The notes beneath the pieces are model-generated. The model did not search any database. It was not told the origin of the DNA and saw only the letters and a list, made by a program, of their open reading frames with translations. The translations under genes were made by a program, and so were the position numbers. DNA of 64,000 bases from IMG/VR virus record IMGVR_UViG_3300030107_006644, positions 62,001-126,000 of that record; one strand, written 5' to 3'. How positions within the stretch are numbered: position 1 is the stretch's first letter; every line of letters starts with the position of its first letter. This document shows, piece after piece, positions 28,689 to 37,364 of this stretch.

Positions 28689-29960
28689 ATGTCGTACCCA
28701 ACTTTAACACCGACAAGTCAAACAAGCGCGGTGGTATTAACTTCAACCGGCTCAGCAGCGTTGGTCGCAGCATCGTGTCCGTATGGCATTTATACAGGAT
28801 CCGTCGACTTTCTTAGTGGAGCTTCTGAGCAAGTAGCCTATACTTATAAGAAACTTGGCGGTGATATACTCGATATTGAGTTGACTCCCGGCAATGTTTA
28901 CGCCGCATACGAAGAGGCGGTCTTAGAGTATTCATACATAGTCAACATCCACCAATCAAAGAATGTGCTCTCCAATATGCTCGGGGCGACGACAGGTACG
29001 TTCGATCATCACGGAAATATGAAAGACGGCGCACTCAAGACGAGCTTGGGTGACGATAAGGTTGCTTTAAAGTTTCCAAAGTTTAAGTTTACATACGCAG
29101 AAAGAATTGCTGATGCTCTTGCCGGCCGAGCAGGCCTTGGCGACAACAAGACGGAGTACTCTGCCTCGTTCACCACCACTGACAATGTACAAGATTACGA
29201 TCTACAAAGCATCATCTCATCTTCAGCTGCCACAGACACAACTCAAGATTATTATGATAAAGTTGGCAACAAGAAGGTTAGAATTAAAAAGGTTTTTTAC
29301 AAATCTAGCCATGCTATGTGGAGGTTTTTTGGATACTATGGCGGAGTCAACACGGTTGGCAACTTGTCTAACTATGGCATGTACGCCGACGATACAACCT
29401 TTGAATTGATTCCTTCTTGGCATAACCGGCTGCAGGCGATGACATTCGAAGATAATATTTATGTTAGAATTTCGCACTATTCATACGAGATCAAAAACAA
29501 CAAGATAAGACTCTTTCCGGCACCCAGTCCGACAAGCCCCAGTAAAATTTATTTCCAATTCACAGTCGAGGAGGATCCTTGGGAAGAGGAATCGGATAGA
29601 ACAGTCGGCGTCGACGGCGTGAATAACATGAATACGTTGCCTTTTGATAATTTGCCGTATGCAAATATCAACGCAATCGGTAAACAGTGGATCCGAAGAT
29701 TTGCACTAGCTATCACAAAAGAGATGCTTGGACAAGTGAGAAGCAAGTTTGGCTCAATTCCAATTCCGGGCGATCAGGTTCAACTAAATGGGGCAAACCT
29801 GATCCAAGACGGAAGAGCGGAACAGGAAAGTCTGCGCGAAGAGCTTAAAACAACGCTAGACGAGCTTACATATACTGCCTTAAATGACAAGGATGTGCAA
29901 GCCGTCGAAACAACTAACAAGATGCAGGAAAGAATTCCACTGCCAATCATTGTAGGATAA
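28689..29960 (+). CDS. neck/head-tail adaptor protein (T4 gp13-like)
   Basis: YKKLGGDILDIELT, WIRRFALAITKEMLGQVRSKFGSIPIPGDQVQLNG; position. Confidence 0.85.
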   Translation: MSYPTLTPTSQTSAVVLTSTGSAALVAASCPYGIYTGSVDFLSGASEQVAYTYKKLGGDILDIELTPGNVYAAYEEAVLEYSYIVNIHQSKNVLSNMLGATTGTFDHHGNMKDGALKTSLGDDKVALKFPKFKFTYAERIADALAGRAGLGDNKTEYSASFTTTDNVQDYDLQSIISSSAATDTTQDYYDKVGNKKVRIKKVFYKSSHAMWRFFGYYGGVNTVGNLSNYGMYADDTTFELIPSWHNRLQAMTFEDNIYVRISHYSYEIKNNKIRLFPAPSPTSPSKIYFQFTVEEDPWEEESDRTVGVDGVNNMNTLPFDNLPYANINAIGKQWIRRFALAITKEMLGQVRSKFGSIPIPGDQVQLNGANLIQDGRAEQESLREELKTTLDELTYTALNDKDVQAVETTNKMQERIPLPIIVG

Positions 29961-29972
29961 GGGAGGTAAGAG

Positions 29973-30461
29973 ATGGGTGATAGCAAATGGAAACAGCCAA
30001 CTCAGCCGCCTCCCCCCTTGTTCACGGGCAAGAAAGAGCGAGACTTAGTAAAGCAGGTTAACGATGAACTGATTGAGAGAGTCATTGGTCAACAGGTCCT
30101 CTATTATCCTATTGATATCGAGAGGACCAACTACCACGACATCTATGGCGAGGCCATTGAGAAGACCTTTTTGCCCCCAGTGCGAGTTTATGCGCTGGTT
30201 AACTGGGGCGGCATAAAGACCGCCGCTACAAACATCGGCCTAGATAAAGATATTAGATTAACTGTACACTTTCACAAGAGAAGGTTAACCGAAGATCAAA
30301 ACCTGTTTGTCCGCGAGGGCGACTTTATATTATATGGTGATACTTTTTATGAGATTACAACATTAGCTGAGCCAAAACAGATTTTTGGCCAAATCGATCA
30401 CAAAATGGAGATCAGCGCAGAATGCGTGCGCGCCCGCGAGGGTCTTTTTGACGCATCGTAA
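29973..30461 (+). CDS. head-closure/neck protein (T4 gp14-like)
   Basis: ELIERVIGQQVLYY, IYGEA, REGDFI; position. Confidence 0.75.
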   Translation: MGDSKWKQPTQPPPPLFTGKKERDLVKQVNDELIERVIGQQVLYYPIDIERTNYHDIYGEAIEKTFLPPVRVYALVNWGGIKTAATNIGLDKDIRLTVHFHKRRLTEDQNLFVREGDFILYGDTFYEITTLAEPKQIFGQIDHKMEISAECVRAREGLFDAS

Positions 30462-30475
30462 CAAAGGATAAGAAA

Positions 30476-31384
30476 ATGGCAAAGCAGACAGAATACGAAA
30501 TACAGCCCTCTACGATAGAAACCATTGATCGAGCGTTTTTTACGTGGCTCAAGGAGGAAATGAACGTACACACGACCACAAACAAGGGCTGGAACAAGGT
30601 GCCAGTCGTCTGGCTAGCTTCAGAGCGCAACTTTCATATTAAACATGATAAAGACTTAAGAGATTCCAAGGGCGTGCTTAAGCTTCCCTTGATTTCTATT
30701 GAAAAAGTCACCATGGCTAAAGATCTTACAAACAAGGGAGGCTATTATGCGGCAATTCCAGCAGGCACCGACTACAAAGGTCGTGCACTGACCATATCTA
30801 GGAGAATAAATCAGCTAAAAAGTTCCAAATACGCGCATAATGATGCGAAAAGCCGAGGCCTCAACAATACTGATAAACCTAAAGGTGCATACGTTAGGGG
30901 CCCCTATGAAACAGGCACCGTGTATGAGAATATTTCGATTCCGCTGCCCACGTACATTAATGTGCAGTACTCTGTGATCATTAGAGCCGACTATCAGCAG
31001 CAGATGAACGAGATCATATCAGCTTTCTATACTGTGCCAAATAGTTCGGCTCTGAATTCGTTTTTTGTATGTGCTGATGGGCATTGCTATGAGGTGTTCC
31101 TTGATGGCAACTTTGGACAAGCAAACAACACCACTAGTATCGGAGATTCAGAAAAAGTCTATCAATCAAACTTAACGTTTCGAGTTCAAGGCTATATTCT
31201 TGGTGCAGAGAAGAACGATTCGATGCCTAAAGTGGTGGTAAGGGAGAACAAAGTAGATGTGGTTATGTTGAGGGAAAGAGTGATGATAGGGGAGATTCCA
31301 CAATACCCGACATCTGTCGAGTCAGATCCCGATCCGAATGATGATGCGGATTCTTCAGAAGTGTCAGAAGAAACAGACGATTAA
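30476..31384 (+). CDS. tail terminator/sheath stabiliser (T4 gp15-like)
   Basis: VPVVW..SER, LPLISI, PTYINVQYSVII...QQQMNEII; precedes the sheath gene. Confidence 0.7.
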   Translation: MAKQTEYEIQPSTIETIDRAFFTWLKEEMNVHTTTNKGWNKVPVVWLASERNFHIKHDKDLRDSKGVLKLPLISIEKVTMAKDLTNKGGYYAAIPAGTDYKGRALTISRRINQLKSSKYAHNDAKSRGLNNTDKPKGAYVRGPYETGTVYENISIPLPTYINVQYSVIIRADYQQQMNEIISAFYTVPNSSALNSFFVCADGHCYEVFLDGNFGQANNTTSIGDSEKVYQSNLTFRVQGYILGAEKNDSMPKVVVRENKVDVVMLRERVMIGEIPQYPTSVESDPDPNDDADSSEVSEETDD

Positions 31385-31526
31385 GACACGCCATAAACCA
31401 AAAAAAGTAAATAAAGGAATTTTGGATTTTCGCTATCCTATGGACTATTTATTCATGATAGTACAGCATACTAGTAAGAACCAGAATACTAAGTAGCAGT
31501 TAATATTTCAAGGAGACACAAACAGA

Positions 31527-34500
31527 ATGTCAAACACACTTTCAGAATTAAGAGGCCGGTTTAACTTCGTATCTCCGGGTATTTACGTTAACGAGGTCGA
31601 CCAGTCCCAGCCATCGGTTGAGCGGTTGGCCCAAGGCCCGGTTATTATTGGCCGATTCCCCAAGGGCCCCATGATGCGCCCCGTGGTTGTTAAATCCAAA
31701 GCACAATTTATGAGCCTTTTTGGCGCTCCACACCCCGGCGGAGCCGGCGGCGATCCGTGGAGAGGCGATGCTCATGGCGGCCCAACGTATGCCGCATATG
31801 CTGCTGAGGCGCATTTACATTCTGCTGGCGGTACTGCTCCTGCTACAATTTTTAGACTTGCAGGCGAGAAGGCTTCTGGAGCAACTGGCAACTATTCCGC
31901 TGCCGGCTGGACAACCCGAGCTAGTTCTGGTGCCCAAGTTAATCCGAATGCTGCTGTCGCTAGCAACGGTGGGGCTTACGGACTGTTCGTCATGGGTCCC
32001 CCAATGGCCGGCCTAGGCAGCGACTCGCTTAACTTCGGAAGCCTTGGGTGGCAAGGCAGCCACGCCGTCACCGGCACGCTAGCCGCTGTCTTTTATCTTA
32101 CCGAGGGCTCGATTCAGCTTGTTGGTAACGGATATAGTCCCGATGGCACCGTGGGGGATCAGACAGCCAGTCTTGGCTCTCTCATTAGGTCTCACTCGCA
32201 TGTTGGCGGCACCTATTATGATGGTGTCGGTGCGGATGCAGCCCCGTGCACATTTAAATTTAGGGTTTTAAACTCTGCGGGAACTGAAGTTTCGAATCAT
32301 ATTGCATCCTTCATCCCAAGTGCCGATCTGGACTCCTACTCCGGCATAGCCGGCGCACGCGATTCGTTCAACTGCGATCCAACCAAGACCAACGCCAGCA
32401 TCAATACTTCGGCGAACACCAAGACTTACTGGCTTGGCGAGACGTATCAGCAAAGTGTCAAGGACATGGTTTCGCTGACCGGATCCAACGCTGCGGATGC
32501 GGGCCAGCAATGGGGAGTGCTTGTAGCACTACACGACGGTGCCAATAACTTTGCAGATCATCGCGAAGATTGGCAAAACCCTTCAACAGGCTGGTTCTTT
32601 TCGCAGGACCAAGGTGCGTATGCAAGCTATCATGTAAATAACATGGAGAAATTGTTTAAGTTTCACGCGCTTGATCACGGCGAATGGGCCCAAAATAACT
32701 TGCGCATTACGATTAGCAACATTGAGCAATATACCAGCAGCAAGTATAAATATGGAAGTTTCGATGTATCAGTTGAGTCGCTTTTCGGAAGAGAGAGTAG
32801 CGTATCGGTTATCGAAACCTTTTCAAATTGTAACTTAGATAGAAATTCGCCCAACTACATTTGTAAGAAGATTGGTGATAGATACTTAGAGTGGAATTCG
32901 GATGCCAATACCGGCGGGCAACATATTGACAAGGGTAGCGAACAAAACAAATCTAGCTACATTCGTGTAGAAGTTTCGGATCTAGTGAAGTACGGCGATC
33001 CCTCGACACTCCTGCCTTGGGGTGTTTATGGGCCCTCGCGCCTTCGTTCTTGGCATGCCAACTCTGGCTCGTCTGGATTCTTTTCTAGCTCTGCCGGCGT
33101 ATTCAACCCGAGTGAGGTGTCGTGTGAAGGTGTCGCTGGATTCTATGCCACGGGAGATGCTTCGGGAATGCCCGCAACGCACCCCGTTGACTCTACCGTT
33201 TCTGGTGTCGCTGCAACCGCAACAATTACTTTTACTGGCAGTCAAACTGTCAACAGGCTTATAACCATTACATCAGCGGACGGTACCGCGAGAACCTATA
33301 CAGGTAAAACTACAGGAACTCCGGGCTCCAACACCTTTGATTGTAACAATGGTGCCGCAGTTTGCGCGACATCGTTAATGGCTGCGATAAACAACGCCGC
33401 CGGCCATTCGGGCAAAATAACTGCTACGAACCCATCATCGGGCGTCGTACTGTTAACACAAGATGTGGTCGGAATAGCCGGAAACACGACTATAACTAAC
33501 GATTTCGACGCCGCAACTGTGCCGGCAGGATTCTCCGGCGGCTCTGCAGGTGAAATCTGGTTCGGTGCCAGTGGAGCTTCACAGATGAACGGCGCCAACT
33601 TTAAGATTGAATACCCCAGTGTTCGCTTGGTAGCTACAGCCTCTATTGGCGGATCCGGCGATAGATATCACAATAGATTTGGTATCGACTGGTCAGACTA
33701 TACTTTATCAGGCGGAAACCACAAGATGACAAGCACCAATGGTGAAGCAGAACTCAGTGTTGTTGATGCGTTACGCCGACTTCCTAAAGCGGTCGCTGGT
33801 AATAGCCCAGATGATTCTGGCAATGTTGAATACTCTTGGGTGTTCACTCTGGATGACATCGTTTGTAGTAACTCTACCGATACCTCTCCAATTGGCACCT
33901 ATACTTCCGGCTCTCGCGCCGGAGGTACAAGCTATACGGCAGCTAGCGGATCGTCTGCTCTTCTTGATATCGGAGATGGCAAGGGATTCCACCAGTTCAG
34001 CACATGTCTAGCTGGCGGACACGATGGTCTCGATATCTGCGAGAGAGAGCCTTTCAGAAACACGCTTTTGGATGACGCTAGCGGAGACAAAACCGTTATT
34101 GCCATGTATAATACGATGGTCCGTGCGCTAGATACCGTTAAGGATCCGGAGTATGTTGAGTGTAATATTATAACTGCCCCCGGTCTTACGGAAAACAACC
34201 TTACCGACATGTTGATTTCGCATTGCGAAAGTCGCGGTGACGCGTTGGGTATCATTGATGTTGACGGCGGATATATTCCGGGCGGTACTGAGCAGGCCAC
34301 AATCTCGCGAGGCTCCGTAAAGGCTGTCTGGCAGAATATGCGAGACCGCACACTGGACTCAAGCTATGGCTGCGCCTACTATCCGTGGGTTCAAGTTAGA
34401 AGTTCTCAAAACAAGGATAGCGTTTGGGTTCCACCCTCTGTCGTAGCCTTGGGAACAATGGCGTCCTCAACAAAGGCTTCGAAAGTCTGGTTTGCTCCCG

Positions 34501-35021
34501 CAGGGTTTACTCGCGGCGGATTGGATTCTGTCGGAACGCGCGCAGGCTCAGCAGGCCTTAAGGTAATGGATGTTAGAGATCGCCTTACTTCCACACAGAG
34601 AGATAGAATGTACGAGAATCGGATTAATCCAATTGCCAAGTTCCCAGCAGAAGGAATCGTGGTGTTCGGACAAAAGACTTTACAAGTTCCGGCCTCCGCC
34701 TTGGACCGGATCAACGTTCGCAGACTTCTGCTGCACGTCAAGAAGCAGACCTCTATCATTGCTGCTACAACCATGTTTAGCCCGAACGATGCAACTACTT
34801 GGGCCGCTTTCAAGGGGTCGATGGATTCGTTCTTAGACGACATTAAGAGCGAGTACGGCCTTCAAGATTACAAGGTTGTGTTAGATGAGACTACCACGAC
34901 GGACGACTTGATCGATGCCAACGTTCTATACGCTCAAGTATACCTGAAGCCGACCAAGGCAATCGAATTTATCCTTGTCGACTTTATCGTTACAAGCCAA
35001 GGAGCATCTTTCGACGATTAA
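31527..35021 (+). CDS. gp18: contractile tail sheath protein
   Basis: VSPGIYVNEVD, YYPWV, WFAPAGFTRG, INPIAKF..EGIVVFGQKTL, RINVRRLL, KPTKAIEFI. Confidence 0.96.
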   Translation: MSNTLSELRGRFNFVSPGIYVNEVDQSQPSVERLAQGPVIIGRFPKGPMMRPVVVKSKAQFMSLFGAPHPGGAGGDPWRGDAHGGPTYAAYAAEAHLHSAGGTAPATIFRLAGEKASGATGNYSAAGWTTRASSGAQVNPNAAVASNGGAYGLFVMGPPMAGLGSDSLNFGSLGWQGSHAVTGTLAAVFYLTEGSIQLVGNGYSPDGTVGDQTASLGSLIRSHSHVGGTYYDGVGADAAPCTFKFRVLNSAGTEVSNHIASFIPSADLDSYSGIAGARDSFNCDPTKTNASINTSANTKTYWLGETYQQSVKDMVSLTGSNAADAGQQWGVLVALHDGANNFADHREDWQNPSTGWFFSQDQGAYASYHVNNMEKLFKFHALDHGEWAQNNLRITISNIEQYTSSKYKYGSFDVSVESLFGRESSVSVIETFSNCNLDRNSPNYICKKIGDRYLEWNSDANTGGQHIDKGSEQNKSSYIRVEVSDLVKYGDPSTLLPWGVYGPSRLRSWHANSGSSGFFSSSAGVFNPSEVSCEGVAGFYATGDASGMPATHPVDSTVSGVAATATITFTGSQTVNRLITITSADGTARTYTGKTTGTPGSNTFDCNNGAAVCATSLMAAINNAAGHSGKITATNPSSGVVLLTQDVVGIAGNTTITNDFDAATVPAGFSGGSAGEIWFGASGASQMNGANFKIEYPSVRLVATASIGGSGDRYHNRFGIDWSDYTLSGGNHKMTSTNGEAELSVVDALRRLPKAVAGNSPDDSGNVEYSWVFTLDDIVCSNSTDTSPIGTYTSGSRAGGTSYTAASGSSALLDIGDGKGFHQFSTCLAGGHDGLDICEREPFRNTLLDDASGDKTVIAMYNTMVRALDTVKDPEYVECNIITAPGLTENNLTDMLISHCESRGDALGIIDVDGGYIPGGTEQATISRGSVKAVWQNMRDRTLDSSYGCAYYPWVQVRSSQNKDSVWVPPSVVALGTMASSTKASKVWFAPAGFTRGGLDSVGTRAGSAGLKVMDVRDRLTSTQRDRMYENRINPIAKFPAEGIVVFGQKTLQVPASALDRINVRRLLLHVKKQTSIIAATTMFSPNDATTWAAFKGSMDSFLDDIKSEYGLQDYKVVLDETTTTDDLIDANVLYAQVYLKPTKAIEFILVDFIVTSQGASFDD

Positions 35022-35071
35022 AGATGAAAAACAAAATGCAAGACTATATACAACAAGGAGACATACTATAA

Positions 35072-35752
35072 ATGGCTAAATTTTGGAGAAACGCAACAGC
35101 AGAGCCCAAGAGAGCATATCGATGGTTTATTACCTTTGGCGGCCTTGGGACCAACACGTCAGGTGGGAACGCCGGGGCCTCGGACAATCCCGCTGTGGCA
35201 ACCACAGACTTAACTTATGCGGTTAAGCGTGTTGACAAGCCATCAATCAGTATTTCTGAAACAGAGCACACCTTTATTAATCACAAGTTTTACTATCCCG
35301 GCCGAGTCGACTGGTCTGACGTTTCTGTCAGTTTTGTTGATGTCGTCGGTGCGGGTTCTGCAACTGATAGTGTTCTTGTTGCACTGGCCGCAGCAGGGTA
35401 TGACGTGCCTTCGAACGCTAGTGCACCCGCGTCAAACACCGACACGGCGGGTGCCGCGAATTTTACCACCGTCAGCAAGCATTCGATGTCGACAGCTCTC
35501 GGCTCTGTTATAATTACTCAAGTTAATTCCGAAGGTATACCCGTTGAGACGTGGACCTTGAACAACCCTTGGATCAAAAGCATCAATGTTGGTTCTCTCG
35601 ACTACGGCAGTGAGGAACTTCTATCGGTCGATATCAGCTTGAGGTACGACTGGGCTACTTTTGCAAGACCATCAGGCGCCAAAGGTGTCGCCCCCGACGA
35701 TACCGATACTCCAGATGCAGGCGGCGGAGAACTCTTCACCCTTTGGGAATAA
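35072..35752 (+). CDS. gp19: tail tube protein
   Basis: EPKRAYRW, YYPGRVDW, ETWTLNNPWIKSINVGSLDY, LRYDWA; follows the sheath gene. Confidence 0.9.
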   Translation: MAKFWRNATAEPKRAYRWFITFGGLGTNTSGGNAGASDNPAVATTDLTYAVKRVDKPSISISETEHTFINHKFYYPGRVDWSDVSVSFVDVVGAGSATDSVLVALAAAGYDVPSNASAPASNTDTAGAANFTTVSKHSMSTALGSVIITQVNSEGIPVETWTLNNPWIKSINVGSLDYGSEELLSVDISLRYDWATFARPSGAKGVAPDDTDTPDAGGGELFTLWE

Positions 35753-35772
35753 GACGATACGGTAATAAACCT

Positions 35773-35801
35773 TTAACAAAACGCGCAGCTTACGATATAT
35801 T
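35773..35801 (+). promoter_or_regulatory. sigma70-like promoter TTAACA-17-TATATT
   Basis: Same -10 element and spacing as the TTGACA promoters in the replication block. Confidence 0.5.
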
Positions 35802-35841
35802 AATAAAGCTAGCGAAGCACAAACTAAAATACGAGGTATAA

Positions 35842-36708
35842 ATGGCTAGAAATAATGAGTTAAGAACCGGCGCCAGTGCGGCCGGAGACTCTACGGGTGC
35901 AGTATCTGAAGCGGTTGCAAATGCAAGCCCGCTGTCTTTTGTTGTGCCAACGGAGTTTGTTGAGTTGCCAAGCAGGGGGAGATACTATCCAGAAGATCAC
36001 CCGCTATGCAATCAGGAAGTGGTAGAGATTCGCCACATGACGGCAAAGGATGAAGATATATTAACATCAGCATCGCTCTTGAAGAAAGGCTTGGCAATTG
36101 ATAGGCTGATCGCTAGCATATTGGTGGATAAAAACATAAGTCCAGATACGCTACTCATCGGAGATAGGAATGCCATTCTGCTACAAGCTAGAATCCACGC
36201 ATACACATCTAATTATGGTGTAACTGTTGGCTGTCCAGCATGCGGAGAGTCTTCAGAGCAAACTTTCGACTTAGCAGAGTGCGGCTTAAACTATGGAGAA
36301 GATTTGGGTGCTTTAACGGATGATATTTCGGGCCCAGATTCACAGAACATGTTTGATATCAGGCTACCCGTCACACAAGTCGTGGCTAAAGTTAGACTTC
36401 TTAATGCTGGCTTAGAGAAATCTATTGCAAATGAACAGGCAAGAAGGCAGAAGATGAAGCTCCCAGAAGCACCGGTGACCTTTCAACTGAAGCAAATTAT
36501 TTACTCGCTAAACGGCGAAACAGATCGAAACCAAGTTAACACCTTCATCGAGTCGATGCCGACTGCAGATACGCATTATTTGCGCGCATCATACAACAAG
36601 TTGGTGCCAAATGTGGATATGACGCAGAGCTTTACGTGTCCAAACTGTGAGAAGGAGTCACAACTGGAGGTTCCGTTTACTGCGGAGTTTTTTTGGCCTA
36701 ACCGATGA
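35842..36708 (+). CDS. baseplate hub/tail assembly chaperone (T4 gp26-like)
   Basis: VELPSRG..Y, MTAKDEDIL, GDRNAIL, CPAC and CPNC, ends FFWPNR. Confidence 0.85.
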   Translation: MARNNELRTGASAAGDSTGAVSEAVANASPLSFVVPTEFVELPSRGRYYPEDHPLCNQEVVEIRHMTAKDEDILTSASLLKKGLAIDRLIASILVDKNISPDTLLIGDRNAILLQARIHAYTSNYGVTVGCPACGESSEQTFDLAECGLNYGEDLGALTDDISGPDSQNMFDIRLPVTQVVAKVRLLNAGLEKSIANEQARRQKMKLPEAPVTFQLKQIIYSLNGETDRNQVNTFIESMPTADTHYLRASYNKLVPNVDMTQSFTCPNCEKESQLEVPFTAEFFWPNR

Positions 36709-36712
36709 CTAC

Positions 36713-36916
36713 ATGGGATCTGTATACGAGCACTTTTTTGCTCTAAAGCAGCACGGTGGCTGGAGTTTTATTGAGATGTACAATTTGCCGGTTTCTCTGC
36801 GAAGATGGTTCGTGGAAAGGCTAGCACAACACTTTGAAGAGCAGAATGAGGCCATGAAAAAAGCAAACACTGGCTCCAAAAGCTCTTCTTCCACAAAATA
36901 TGGTCCTCAAGGCTAA
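36713..36916 (+). CDS. tail chaperone downstream module (gp51-like), probably expressed as a frameshift fusion
   Basis: FFALKQHGGWSFIEMYNLPVSLRRWFVERL; no RBS; frame open upstream through the T7 run at 36688. Confidence 0.75.
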   Translation: MGSVYEHFFALKQHGGWSFIEMYNLPVSLRRWFVERLAQHFEEQNEAMKKANTGSKSSSSTKYGPQG

Positions 36917-36943
36917 ATAACACAACGCGGCGCCGGGGATTTT

Positions 36944-36973
36944 AAGCTGGGATAATTCCCAGCTTTTCTTTTT
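36944..36973 (+). terminator. rho-independent terminator
   Basis: AAGCTGGG-ataatt-CCCAGCTT followed by TTCTTTTT. Confidence 0.8.
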
Positions 36974-37003
36974 GTCAGAACTATTTACTTTAAGGTGATA
37001 TAA

Positions 37004-37351
37004 ATGCGTAATCTTAACGAAGACAAGATGGTACCAATCGTACTTGACTTGAATGCTGCAAAATCGGGCAATCTGCAAGAAGGTGGTCCGTTGCGTATTT
37101 TGGGCTGGGCTGTCGAAAACATTTTAAAGAAGATGTTCGGTTCAGGAGGGGCCGTTCCGGTTGAAGTTCGTGGAACCCCGGGACAGGTTAACTCTTTTAC
37201 AAAGGTTCTGGCGTCAGAGAAAAACTACATGCAGAATTGGCAAAAATACGGTTTAGATGATCCGAAAACATACAAAAGCAAAGGCTTTTTGCAGAAGTCA
37301 ATCAATGGCTTCGAGAGAGCCACAGGTCTCAGGTGGCCATTTTCAAGATAG
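37004..37351 (+). CDS. hypothetical protein
   Basis: AAGGTG RBS, late motif at 36980; ends FERATGLRWPF. Confidence 0.7.
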   Translation: MRNLNEDKMVPIVLDLNAAKSGNLQEGGPLRILGWAVENILKKMFGSGGAVPVEVRGTPGQVNSFTKVLASEKNYMQNWQKYGLDDPKTYKSKGFLQKSINGFERATGLRWPFSR

Positions 37352-37364
37352 GGGGTAAACATCA

